DNA of 64,000 nt from an uncultured Lachnospiraceae bacterium (GTDB taxonomy: Bacteria > Bacillota > Clostridia > Lachnospirales > Lachnospiraceae), in contig CAYMUW010000012.1 in assembly GCA_964393865.1 (NCBI GenBank), positions 1,392 to 65,391 on the forward strand. Reading direction: 5' to 3'. Positions 1-10,103 of this stretch are shown piece after piece; positions within the stretch are counted from its first letter, which is position 1, and each line of letters opens with the position of its first letter. A program made the translations under genes and the position numbers. Under the pieces are notes generated by a model. It was not told the origin of the DNA, searched no databases, and was given only the letters and a program-made list of their open reading frames with translations.

Positions 1-665
1 TGGCAAAATCCCATATGGATAAAAGCCTGAAAAGTGAATGTGGGATGCCTGCATGGATAGTTCCTGTTCAAGCCGGCAGGAGCTGTACTGACATAAAAAT
101 TGCCGAACTTTCGGATGACACCGGGGATAATATATCAGAAAAGAATCCTGACTTTTGCGAGCTTACAGTGACTTACTGGGTATGGAAAAATGTAGTGTGC
201 AGATATAAAGGAGTCTGCCATTACAGGAGAAGAATGCTCCTGAAAGATGAAGACATAACTAATATTTTTCAAGGCAATGTAGACATGATACTTCCTTTAC
301 CTTATATATGCTATCCCAATGCAACAGGCCAATATATGAGATACATATCAAAAGAAGACAGAAAACATCTGGAAACGGCTTTAGCTTATGTGTCACCTGA
401 GAGTGTTGATGTTCTCCATGAGATAGACGGTCAACAGATTTATTATGATTTTAATATGGTTATAGCAAAGAATGATGTTTTTGATGATTATGCAGACTGG
501 ATGTTTAGCATCCTCTTTGAAGCAGAAAAATCATGTGTGCCTGACGGAAAAATACGAGGGGACAGATATGCGGGATATTTGGGAGAGCTTCTGACCACCA
601 TATATATTTTCAAAAACAGGGATAGATTAAAAATTGTTCATGGAGAAAGGGATTGGTTAGTATGA
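1..665 (+). CDS. DUF4422-family glycosyltransferase-like protein (5' end lies outside the window)
   Basis: The frame is open from the window edge, upstream of the first ATG at 15. Motifs [22 protein letters not shown] and HYRRR are typical of DUF4422 proteins from capsule/EPS loci. Confidence 0.75.
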   Translation, partial: AKSHMDKSLKSECGMPAWIVPVQAGRSCTDIKIAELSDDTGDNISEKNPDFCELTVTYWVWKNVVCRYKGVCHYRRRMLLKDEDITNIFQGNVDMILPLPYICYPNATGQYMRYISKEDRKHLETALAYVSPESVDVLHEIDGQQIYYDFNMVIAKNDVFDDYADWMFSILFEAEKSCVPDGKIRGDRYAGYLGELLTTIYIFKNRDRLKIVHGERDWLV

Positions 666-1564
666 ATGAACAGACTCATTTGGATGCTTTAGAAGCAGAA
701 GCAGTTTACATTATGCGTGAAGTGGCGGCGGAATGCGAAAAACCAGTCATGCTGTATTCCATCGGCAAGGATAGCTCAGTAATGCTGCACCTTGCCATGA
801 AGGCATTTTATCCGGAAAAACCGCCCTTTCCATTCTTACATATTGATACGACGTGGAAATTCCATGAGATGATAGAATTCCGTGACTATACAGCAAAAAA
901 ATATGGGATTGAAATGCTGGTTTATACGAATGAAGAAGGAATCGCCAAGGGAATCAATCCGTTTGACCATGGTGCTGCCTATACGGATATCATGAAAACA
1001 CAGGCTTTGAAACAGGCACTTGCCAAGTATGGGTTTACGGCTGCTTTTGGCGGAGGCAGACGTGATGAGGAAAAATCACGTGCCAAAGAGCGTATTTTTT
1101 CTTTTAGGAATAAGGAGCAGGCATGGGATCCAAAGAATCAGCGCCCGGAGATGTGGAACGAATATAATACGTGTATCCATTTGGGAGAAAGCATTCGAGT
1201 ATTCCCAATCTCAAACTGGACAGAAAAAGATATTTGGCAGTACATAGAGCGCGAAAATATAGAGATTGTTTCTTTGTATTATGCCAGGAAACGCCCGGTG
1301 GTATACCGTGATGGAAATATCATTATGCCAGATGATGACCGCATGCCAATCCGTGAGGGTGAAGAAATAGTCATGAAGAAAGTCCGCTTCAGAACCTTAG
1401 GTTGTTATCCTCTGACGGGCGCTATTGAGTCGGAAGCTGATACCTTACCGAAAATCATTGCGGAAACGTTGGGAGCCGTATCCTCGGAAAGAAGCAGCCG
1501 GGTAATTGACAGTGATGGAGGCGCCGCAAGCATGGAAAAACGAAAGAGGGAGGGGTATTTTTAA
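662..1564 (+). CDS. cysD: sulfate adenylyltransferase subunit 2 (CysD)
   Basis: Full-length CysD-like sequence with the PP-loop-type motif [13 protein letters not shown]. The ATG at 662 overlaps the upstream stop (ATGA) and follows the RBS GGAGAAAGGGA. The ORF track starts at a TTG at 653. Confidence 0.95.
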   Translation: MNEQTHLDALEAEAVYIMREVAAECEKPVMLYSIGKDSSVMLHLAMKAFYPEKPPFPFLHIDTTWKFHEMIEFRDYTAKKYGIEMLVYTNEEGIAKGINPFDHGAAYTDIMKTQALKQALAKYGFTAAFGGGRRDEEKSRAKERIFSFRNKEQAWDPKNQRPEMWNEYNTCIHLGESIRVFPISNWTEKDIWQYIERENIEIVSLYYARKRPVVYRDGNIIMPDDDRMPIREGEEIVMKKVRFRTLGCYPLTGAIESEADTLPKIIAETLGAVSSERSSRVIDSDGGAASMEKRKREGYF

Positions 1565-3396
1565 TGGATGGGCTGTTGAAATTCATTACCTGCGGAAGTG
1601 TTGATGACGGAAAATCAACGCTGATTGGACATATGCTTTACGATGCTAAGCTTTTGTATGCGGATCAGGAAAAGACTTTGGAATTGGACAGCAGGGTAGG
1701 GAGCAGGGGCGGTGCGATTGATTATTCCCTTTTGTTGGATGGGTTGATGGCGGAAAGGGAACAGGGCATTACAATTGATGTCGCATACAGATATTTTACG
1801 ACTAGAAACAGGAGCTTTATTGTAGCAGACACGCCGGGACATGAGCAATATACTAGAAATATGGCCGTTGGCGCTTCTTTTGCCGATTTGGCAGTTATTC
1901 TCGTGGATGCCCTTCATGGCATACTGACACAAACGAGACGGCACTGCAGGATTTGTGCGATGATGGGGATAAAGTATTTTGTCTTTGCCGTGAATAAGAT
2001 GGATTTGGCAGATTATGAGAAGAATGTTTTTGCAAAGATAGAGAAGGATATTGAAAAGCTGTCAACTGAACTGAAACTGCATTCTGTTACCTGTATCCCG
2101 GTTTCTGCAGTCATGGGAGACAACGTTACGAACCGCTCGCAAAATATGGACTGGTATCATGGAAAGTCATTATTGGATTATCTGGAAACAATAAATGTCA
2201 GGGAGGAAACTGCAGAGGAAGGCTTTGTCATGCCAGTACAGAGGGTTTGCAGACCGGATCGTACATTTAGAGGTTTTCAGGGTCAAGTCGCATGCGGTGT
2301 GCTTGCAGCAGGAGAAACAGTTACTGTGCTGCCGAGCGGGGAGAAAGCTAAAGTTAAGTCTGTCTATAACACAGATAAACAGGTGGGGCAGATTTGCGCG
2401 GGACAGGCTGTGACGATTGCGCTTGACAGGGAGATTGATGTTTCAAGAGGCTGCGTATTTGTCAAGGATACCTCTGTGAAAAATGCGGATCTGTTTCAAG
2501 CGGGAATCCTGTGGATGGACGATGAGGAGCTTATTGACGGTAAATCTTTTCTGCTAAAAATCGGAACCAAAATGGTACCGGCTGCCGTTATGCATATAAA
2601 ATACAGGTTGGCCATAGATACAGGAGAGCATCTGACAGCATCACATATCCATAAAAATGACATGGCGGTCTGCGATATCGTGACATCCGAAAAAATTCCT
2701 TTTGATGAGTTCGCTAAGCATAGGGAGATAGGGCATTTTATACTGATTGATCGTATAACCGACATGACATCGGCATGCGGAGTTGTCAGGCATGAACTTC
2801 GTCGTTCAGAAAATCTTTTTTATCAGCAGATGGATGTGACCGGGGAACGGCGTGCGGCGATGATGAATCAAAGACCGGTTACATTATGGTTTACGGGATT
2901 ATCCGGAGCCGGCAAATCCACATTGGCAAATGAAGTAGAGAAGGCGTTGTTTCTGCGGGGAAAGCATACGATGTCACTCGATGGAGATAATATCAGAATG
3001 GGTCTTAACAAGAATTTAGGATTTACGCAGGAGGACAGAATAGAAAATATCCGGCGTATTGCCGAAGTGGCGAAGCTGATGAATGATGCCGGACTGATTG
3101 TTATGACATCGTTTATTTCGCCGTATCTGAGCGACCGGGAAAATGCGAGAAAAATTATAGGAAGTGGGAACTTTGTTGAAATCTATGTGTCAACGCCTCT
3201 CGCAGAATGCGAGAGGCGCGATGTGAAAGGACTGTACAGAAAAGCAAGGAATGGCGCCATTCCTAATTTTACAGGAATTGGAAGCCGATATGAGGAGCCG
3301 GAGAATGCGGATATCGTGGTTGACACGAGCAACATAACAATAGAAGCTGCCACTGCTTATATTTTAGAGCAGCTTGACAGGATGGAACTGCTATAA
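1564..3396 (+). CDS. cysNC: bifunctional sulfate adenylyltransferase subunit 1 / adenylylsulfate kinase (CysN-CysC fusion)
   Basis: N-terminal GTPase motifs GSVDDGKST, DTPGHEQY and NKMD. C-terminal APS-kinase P-loop GLSGAGKST. The start overlaps the cysD stop (TAATG). Confidence 0.95.
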   Translation: MDGLLKFITCGSVDDGKSTLIGHMLYDAKLLYADQEKTLELDSRVGSRGGAIDYSLLLDGLMAEREQGITIDVAYRYFTTRNRSFIVADTPGHEQYTRNMAVGASFADLAVILVDALHGILTQTRRHCRICAMMGIKYFVFAVNKMDLADYEKNVFAKIEKDIEKLSTELKLHSVTCIPVSAVMGDNVTNRSQNMDWYHGKSLLDYLETINVREETAEEGFVMPVQRVCRPDRTFRGFQGQVACGVLAAGETVTVLPSGEKAKVKSVYNTDKQVGQICAGQAVTIALDREIDVSRGCVFVKDTSVKNADLFQAGILWMDDEELIDGKSFLLKIGTKMVPAAVMHIKYRLAIDTGEHLTASHIHKNDMAVCDIVTSEKIPFDEFAKHREIGHFILIDRITDMTSACGVVRHELRRSENLFYQQMDVTGERRAAMMNQRPVTLWFTGLSGAGKSTLANEVEKALFLRGKHTMSLDGDNIRMGLNKNLGFTQEDRIENIRRIAEVAKLMNDAGLIVMTSFISPYLSDRENARKIIGSGNFVEIYVSTPLAECERRDVKGLYRKARNGAIPNFTGIGSRYEEPENADIVVDTSNITIEAATAYILEQLDRMELL

Positions 3397-4718
3397 TGGG
3401 GAAAAAGGCAAGATTTCTGATATCCATGTTTAAAATAGGAATGATAGGATTCGGCGGCGGCAATGCATTGATTCCGATAATTGAAAAAACGGTTGTAGAG
3501 GAGCAGAACCTTGTATCCAAAACAGAGTATGATGCGGATGTAATGATTGCAAGTATTACTCCTGGGGCACTTCCGGTTGAGATTGCGGGCGGAACTGGAC
3601 GGCGGTTGTTTGGGAGAGGTTATCTTATTGGCGGGGCTGTCGCAATGGCACTGCCGGGTGTCATATTGATGGTGGCGCTTGACGCTGCTATGACTTCGGT
3701 AAATGGGAATGTGTTGAAGCAGATCAATTTCCTGACAATCGGAATCTATGCATTTATCTGCTGTCTGCTGTCGGATTACATCGTGGGAACGGCGCATGAG
3801 AAACGGCAGGAATCTGCACTGCCGGCATGCATGACAGTAATAGGGCTTGTCATAGCTGCCACATGTGGGAAAAATATATATAGGCTGTTAGGGCGTGATA
3901 TACAGCATATCATAACGCTGAATACGATACAGGTATTTGCCGTGGCTTTTGCTGTGACGGCAGCAGTGGAAGGGGTGCGGTATCTTTTAGGATTTGGAAA
4001 GCAGCAGACATATACTATGGAAACCGGTTCCCTAAATTGGCAGACAGCGAAGAAAACAGTGGGGGAATTGCTGTCATGCCTTGCTTTTATGGTACTGCTT
4101 TCCATCCCTGCCCTGATTGTTTCAGAAGAAACGGTTTCGTTTATGGGGCGCGCATTCTTTTCTTCCCTGATTTCTTTCGGCGGAGGTGATGCATATCTTA
4201 CTGTTGCGGATGGGATGTTCGTGCACAAGGGCATGATATCGGAAGATGAATTCTACAGTGTGATTGTACCGCTGGTCAATACTCTGCCAGGTTCTATCTT
4301 GTGTAAGACGTTAAGCGGAATTGGATATTATATAGGATACGGCAGCGGCGGCTCGGTCATAAACGGAACTGCAGTAGCGTTATCCGGTTTTGCAGTCAGT
4401 ATATCGGCATCATGCAGCGTGTTTGCCGTGGCAGCAGGATTATACGAGGGATTGCAGAAAAGCAGGATATTCCGGGTTTTTCATAAGTGGATTAAACCGA
4501 TTGTATCGGGACTTTTGGTTAACGTGATGCTTTCTTTGTTGGTGCAGGTTCGCAGGATTGGCAGTTCCTGTGGAAATTCATTTGGTATATTCATATGTTT
4601 TGTGTTTATCCTGACGGCAAATATGATTCTGTATTACATAGTAAAGTTAAAGAATGAATGGATTATTTTATTTTCTGTTATGACTGCATTTGTTCTATGC
4701 AATGCGGTAGGGGTGTAA
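3396..4718 (+). CDS. chromate-transporter (CHR/ChrA) family membrane protein, two-domain form
   Basis: The CHR signature is duplicated: GFGGGNALIPIIEK in the N half and FGGGDAYLTVADG in the C half. There are many hydrophobic segments. The start overlaps the cysNC stop (TAATG). Confidence 0.8.
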   Translation: MGKKARFLISMFKIGMIGFGGGNALIPIIEKTVVEEQNLVSKTEYDADVMIASITPGALPVEIAGGTGRRLFGRGYLIGGAVAMALPGVILMVALDAAMTSVNGNVLKQINFLTIGIYAFICCLLSDYIVGTAHEKRQESALPACMTVIGLVIAATCGKNIYRLLGRDIQHIITLNTIQVFAVAFAVTAAVEGVRYLLGFGKQQTYTMETGSLNWQTAKKTVGELLSCLAFMVLLSIPALIVSEETVSFMGRAFFSSLISFGGGDAYLTVADGMFVHKGMISEDEFYSVIVPLVNTLPGSILCKTLSGIGYYIGYGSGGSVINGTAVALSGFAVSISASCSVFAVAAGLYEGLQKSRIFRVFHKWIKPIVSGLLVNVMLSLLVQVRRIGSSCGNSFGIFICFVFILTANMILYYIVKLKNEWIILFSVMTAFVLCNAVGV

Positions 4719-4720
4719 GT

Positions 4721-5500
4721 ATGTGGGAAAAAGAATTGGAAACTGCAAAGGAATGTGCCGTCCGTGCCGGCATAGCGGTAATGGACATCTATATCGGACA
4801 GGATGGTTTGGATGTTCAGTATAAAGATGATGACTCCCCACTGACTGCAGCAGATAGGGCATCTAATCAAATTATTGTGGAAACCCTGAAAAAGATGTTC
4901 CCCCTGTATGCTGTTTTATCGGAGGAAGAGAAGGATTCAAGGGAGCGTCTCAGTAATGATTTCTGCTTTGTTGTTGATCCGTTAGACGGTACAAAGGAAT
5001 TTATCAAAAGGAACGGACAGTTTACGGTCAATATTGCGTTAAGTTACCGGCATAAGTCGGTGATGGGTGTAATCTATGTCCCGGCAAGGGGAGAGTTATT
5101 TTATGCTGCACAGGGCAGAGGGGCATTCTTAAAGACACAGGGAAGCGCTGCTCCTGTCAGACTGAAAGTATCTGACAGATTTGGGGATTTACGCTGTGTC
5201 ATGAGCAGCTCTCATAACTGCCAGGAGATGGAAAATCTGATAAAAAAGCATCATTTAAAGAATTTCATCAAAATGGGAAGCTCACTCAAAGGCTGTATCA
5301 TTGCGAAAGGAGAAGCTGAAATCTATTACCGATACAACCCAACAATGGAGTGGGACACGGCGGCAATGCAGTGTATTGTGGAAGAGGCAGGGGGCATTTT
5401 ACGGCAGATGGATGATAGTGAGATGACGTATAATAGGGAAAATCCGTTGAATGATAAAGGATTCTATGTGATTAACAGGAAAGAGAACAGGATTAGATAA
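4721..5500 (+). CDS. cysQ: 3'(2'),5'-bisphosphate nucleotidase (CysQ, inositol monophosphatase fold)
   Basis: Motifs LSEEE, VVDPLDGTKEFI and EWDTAAMQCIVEEAGG. The ATG at 4721 (MWEKELE) lies 2 nt after the upstream stop. The longer track ORF from 4658 overlaps the transporter. Confidence 0.85.
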   Translation: MWEKELETAKECAVRAGIAVMDIYIGQDGLDVQYKDDDSPLTAADRASNQIIVETLKKMFPLYAVLSEEEKDSRERLSNDFCFVVDPLDGTKEFIKRNGQFTVNIALSYRHKSVMGVIYVPARGELFYAAQGRGAFLKTQGSAAPVRLKVSDRFGDLRCVMSSSHNCQEMENLIKKHHLKNFIKMGSSLKGCIIAKGEAEIYYRYNPTMEWDTAAMQCIVEEAGGILRQMDDSEMTYNRENPLNDKGFYVINRKENRIR

Positions 5501-5516
5501 CAAGGGAGGGAAACAG

Positions 5517-8500
5517 ATGAATTTTAAGCTGGTATCAGTTATTATACCTGTTTATAATGTAGAGGCTTATATTGAAAAATGTATAATGAGTATTGTAAGC
5601 CAGACATACAAGAATCTTGAAATAATTTTTGTTAATGACGGTTCTGAGCAAGAGGAGGAATCCATTATCAAGCAATATATGGAAAGAGATTCCAGGATTC
5701 ATTATATCAAGAAAAATGCAAACGAAGGCTTGTTTCGCGCAAGAGTAACGGGGGTGAAGGCCTCACATGGAGATTATATTCAATTTGTAGACAGCGATGA
5801 CTATATTAATGAGGATTTTATACGTCTTTTGGTGAGAAAAGCAGAAGAAGAGGACAGTGATATCACATTTGCACGAACTGTCACATGCACTCCGCGTGGA
5901 AGTGAAAGTATCTATGTGTTCCAAAATATGGAATTATATCAATTGCCTCTTGAAGGATTGGAACTGAAAAAGGCATATTATGGTCAGCATGGTTTTGCAT
6001 ATATTTTTCATACAATCTGGAATAAGCTTTATAAGAGGGAACTATGGATGCAGGCATTGCCGTATTTTGAAAAATTGGGAACGCCGATTGTTATGACGGA
6101 AGATATAGCATTTTCATCAATACTTTTTTATTTCGCTCATAAAGCTTCATGTACAGAAAACGCCGTGTATTTTTATTGTAAGCATACGGATGCCTCAACG
6201 GATTCTAAAGTCATTACTTTAAACCAGTATAAAAAAAGGATTGGAAATGTATGCACTGTTTTTGATTTCCTGCAGGATTTTTTTTCGGACAAAGAAAAGT
6301 GGATCCAAGATTGTATGGCGGATTTTAGGAGATATTATGGGCGTATGTGGCACCGGATTGCCGAGGAGATGGATGAGGCGGAACGGAGTCAGGCATTAGT
6401 GTTATGTAAACGATTAGCGGATGTTGAGTTGGACGATAAGAGTTCTGCCATGGATGATAATTATTTTTGTTATATGGAGATTCCTTACAGTAAATGCCTG
6501 GATGAGATTAAAAAACGTATTTACGAGGGAAGCGAGAGCGTAATCAGCTTTGATGTCTTTGACACGGTGGTTGCTCGTCCCTTTTTCCATCCGACAGACT
6601 TATTTGCTTTTTTGGATAAAAAGTTTGAAGAAATCTATTCTTCAAATATCTCGTTTCAGACAATCAGAACGGAAGGAGAAGAGGGATGCAGAAAGCAGTT
6701 GTGTGACGAGAAGCGCGAGGATGTCACACTGGAAGAAATCTATCAGTATATCAGTGAAATGTATGATATTCCATGGGAAAAAGCCCATAAACTTATGGAA
6801 TATGAAGAAGCATTAGAAATTGAGTTTAATTTCAGGAGAAACACGGGGTATGAATTATATTCACTTGCTTTAGACGCAGGGAAAAAAGTTATTTTCACAT
6901 CGGATATGTATCTTCCTAAGTCCTGCATTGCCAAAATATTGCATAAAAACGGATATACACGGTATGAAGCCGTCTATGTATCCTCTGAATATAAAAAATT
7001 GAAATATACCTCAAGCTTATATAGAGCAGTGCTTTCGGAAATGCACGTAAAACCGGAGGATATCCTTCATATTGGAGATAATCAGGATGCGGATGTAAAT
7101 GGCGCTGAAAAAATAGGAATATCGACAGTTTATATTCCAAAGTCTATGGATGCGTTTTGTGGTAATACGAAAAAGATTACAAATCATCATCGCTTTACGA
7201 TGGGAAAGGACATCGGAGGCAGCTATAGAGGAATGAAGAGCTTTGAAAAAAATATTGCTTATGGAGCAACCATTGCTCTTGCGTCAATAAAATATTTTGA
7301 TAACTCCTATTGTGGTTTCAATGACTTTACTGATTTTAACGTGGATGGTTATTTTGCAGGTTATTACCTGCTGGGAACAAGCCTGCTCGGACAGATTGCA
7401 TGGTTGGAAAATATTGTAAATGAAAAAGGGATTAAAAGGATTATATTTACATCTAGAGACGGCTATCTGCTTATGGAAGCATATAGGCGTTATTTAAAGA
7501 TATGTAAGAAAGAGAAAGAAGTTCTATATTTTTATGTATCTAGAAGGAGCATGATGCCTTGGATTTTGAAAGATAAATTAGATTTTATGTCACTGCCCAT
7601 TGTTTATCAAAAGTATTCACCTGACAGTGTTGAGGAGCTGCTGAGCTTCTGTATATCACACGAAAGTGATGAGGAATGGGAAGATGTTCTTAACACGAAT
7701 GATATCATACGTACTCGTGAATTTGCCTCCATTGTGGAATATCACAAGTTTATGAATTTATTTTTGGCATATAGATATAGCAGTTCAGAGCATATGAAAG
7801 CAAAAAAAACAGTATCACAATATTGCAGTGTGATACATAACGATGACGGCATCTATGACTTGGGTTATAGTGCCTCCATACATAAAGCAATCTGCGATGC
7901 GAGTGGTCGGAAACCTACAGCGCTTTTCATGCATTCGGATGCCGAGAAACATCTGAAAAATGAGCGCATTGGTGGATTTGAGATTGTAAGTATGATGGAT
8001 ACGATTCCTAATGCTAACGGACTTTTGAGAGAATTTTTCTTTTCGGATACGGGAGGAAGTTGTATCGGCTATGAACAAAATGGACAGACAACCCCAATCA
8101 TAGAAAACGAAGATAAAAATTATTCGGATCTGTTTCCAATCCGAATGATGCAGATGGGAGCCTTAAAAATGGTTGATGATTTTTATCATATTTTTAAGGA
8201 TTATCTTCCGTATATGGAAATCAGGACGGAAGAAATGCTGCTGCCTTTTGAAAGTTTTCTGGCATTTCCTGCGGTCATTGATACGAAGATGTTTGCAGCA
8301 TCTTATTTTGAGGACAAGGTATATGGAAAAATCAGTCAGATAAACGTTAGGGATTTTTGGATGCAGCTATTGATTAACCAGCCGGGATATCAGAAAAATG
8401 ACATTATCCATTATTTTGATGAACTGTTAAAAAAATACCATAAGAAAAAACTGGCTTTTTTTGGAACCGGTAAAATGTGCGAAGCAATGTTTGAAACAAA

Positions 8501-8717
8501 TCCTGATATACCTGTGGAGATTTATTTGGATAACGATATAAGAAAAACAGGACAGAAATATAGAGGCAGGAAGATTTATTTACCCAAAGATTATCCGAAT
8601 TTGAAAGAATTATATATTGTTGTTGTCATTGCTTTTTACAAAGAAGTAGAAGAACAGTTAAGGGATATGGGATTGGTGAAATACGAAGATTATCTCAATT
8701 ATTTGGAATTGTTTTAA
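5517..8717 (+). CDS. 1066-aa multidomain protein: GT2 glycosyltransferase + HAD-like hydrolase + unassigned region + C-terminal Rossmann-like module
   Basis: N-terminal GT2 motifs VSVIIPVYNVEAYIEKC..FVNDGS and DSDD. HAD-type DxDxT motif (FDVFDTVV) and HIGDNQDAD. C-terminal FFGTG..LDNDIRKTGQKYRG. RBS GGGAGGGAAACAG precedes the ATG. Confidence 0.8.
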   Translation: MNFKLVSVIIPVYNVEAYIEKCIMSIVSQTYKNLEIIFVNDGSEQEEESIIKQYMERDSRIHYIKKNANEGLFRARVTGVKASHGDYIQFVDSDDYINEDFIRLLVRKAEEEDSDITFARTVTCTPRGSESIYVFQNMELYQLPLEGLELKKAYYGQHGFAYIFHTIWNKLYKRELWMQALPYFEKLGTPIVMTEDIAFSSILFYFAHKASCTENAVYFYCKHTDASTDSKVITLNQYKKRIGNVCTVFDFLQDFFSDKEKWIQDCMADFRRYYGRMWHRIAEEMDEAERSQALVLCKRLADVELDDKSSAMDDNYFCYMEIPYSKCLDEIKKRIYEGSESVISFDVFDTVVARPFFHPTDLFAFLDKKFEEIYSSNISFQTIRTEGEEGCRKQLCDEKREDVTLEEIYQYISEMYDIPWEKAHKLMEYEEALEIEFNFRRNTGYELYSLALDAGKKVIFTSDMYLPKSCIAKILHKNGYTRYEAVYVSSEYKKLKYTSSLYRAVLSEMHVKPEDILHIGDNQDADVNGAEKIGISTVYIPKSMDAFCGNTKKITNHHRFTMGKDIGGSYRGMKSFEKNIAYGATIALASIKYFDNSYCGFNDFTDFNVDGYFAGYYLLGTSLLGQIAWLENIVNEKGIKRIIFTSRDGYLLMEAYRRYLKICKKEKEVLYFYVSRRSMMPWILKDKLDFMSLPIVYQKYSPDSVEELLSFCISHESDEEWEDVLNTNDIIRTREFASIVEYHKFMNLFLAYRYSSSEHMKAKKTVSQYCSVIHNDDGIYDLGYSASIHKAICDASGRKPTALFMHSDAEKHLKNERIGGFEIVSMMDTIPNANGLLREFFFSDTGGSCIGYEQNGQTTPIIENEDKNYSDLFPIRMMQMGALKMVDDFYHIFKDYLPYMEIRTEEMLLPFESFLAFPAVIDTKMFAASYFEDKVYGKISQINVRDFWMQLLINQPGYQKNDIIHYFDELLKKYHKKKLAFFGTGKMCEAMFETNPDIPVEIYLDNDIRKTGQKYRGRKIYLPKDYPNLKELYIVVVIAFYKEVEEQLRDMGLVKYEDYLNYLELF

Positions 8718-8732
8718 ATGCGGAGGAAGTTT

Positions 8733-10092
8733 ATGAGCCATAAGTTGATTGTACATATTGGAATGCCCAAAACGGGAACCACTGCTATTCAGGATTTTTT
8801 GTTTGATAATTCGGAAAAGCTGAAAAAGTACGGATATTGTTATCCGGATCTGATTAGTGAACTGAGAGATAGGGAATATGACATAAAGTGCAGACAGGAA
8901 GGGTTGACTAAAAATGGCGTTGTTCTTTCTTTATTCAGAAGCTGGGAAGACCATTCTGACATTAATAAAGTCAATGAAAAAGCATGGTATTTATTTAAGG
9001 AATTATTGGAAAAGCATCTTGCTGTATGTAATGTGATTATTTCGGATGAAGATTTATGGTGTCAAGGGAATAATTATGCGATATTAAGGCGCTTAAAAGA
9101 GATATGTAATGATATGAAAATCATATGCTACATAAGACGGCAGGATTTGGAAGCAGAAGCTTTGTGGAATCAGGTGGTCAAAAGATACGGATATTGTAAT
9201 ACACCGTTTCCTGAAAGTAAAAGCAGATGGCTGGACGGCAGAGCCATGAAATATCAGGAATTGCTGGAAAATTTTGAAAAAATCGCTGGCTTTGAAAAAT
9301 TGCATGTCCGTGTGTATGAAAAACAACAGTTGTATGGCATCAACGGAGATATTGTAGAGGATTTTTTACATATTCTTGGTATTGAAAAAGGCTGTGAAGA
9401 ATGGATAGAGCGAAAAAAATCAAATGAGCGGTTGAACGGCAGTATGCTAAATATAAAAATGAACATGAACAAGAGTTTATCAAAAGAGAATTGGTTTTCA
9501 GCAATTGTGGAAGAACAGTTTATGAACGTGATTGCCAAGCATTGCAGCTTTGGAGAGGAGCTTATGGAGGGTTATTTTACCTTGGAAGAAAGGCAGCAAG
9601 TGATAGAACGATTTCAAGACGAAAACAGGATAATCGCTAAAAGGTTTTTGGGAAGATTGGATGGAAGACTGTTTTATGATGAAGTGAAGGATATGCCGCT
9701 GCATTCTGATGAGATTTCAAGTGCAGACATGGTGGAAGTATTTACCGCAATGATTCTGGAGTTGAATGAAAAGATATGGAAGCTGTACTCAAAAGGGTAT
9801 GCTGGTATGATAGGTTCCAGGAAATGCACTTTATTTGGAGCGGGGGGGGCAATGCAGAAAGTTTTGCTCTATATATAGTGAGTTACCGATTGACTTGGTT
9901 GTTGACAATGACAGGAGTAAAACAGGGACAAAAATATACGGTCACAGTGTAAAACACTTTGATGAAATAGCAGATTGGAACGAGCGTTTTATTATTATTA
10001 CATGTTACGCGTATAAAGATATTTCAGAGCAACTGCAGGGTGTTGGAATGCGGGAGAACACGGATTTTATTGTTTTTTTCGATGCTGAATAA
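8733..10092 (+). pseudogene. sulfotransferase-like protein interrupted by a frameshift in a G8 tract (frames 8733-9878 and 9835-10092)
   Basis: PAPS-binding-like motifs IVHIGMPKTGTT and IRRQDLEAEALWNQ. The protein is collinear with the intact paralogue at 10104-11468. The reading frame is restored by deleting one G at 9842-9849. Confidence 0.75.
9842..9849 (+). repeat. G8 homopolymer at the frameshift point
   Basis: Read directly: gga gcGGGGGGGGc aat. The stop follows 8 codons later in the current frame. Confidence 0.95.
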
Positions 10093-10103
10093 GGAGGCAA
10101 TCT

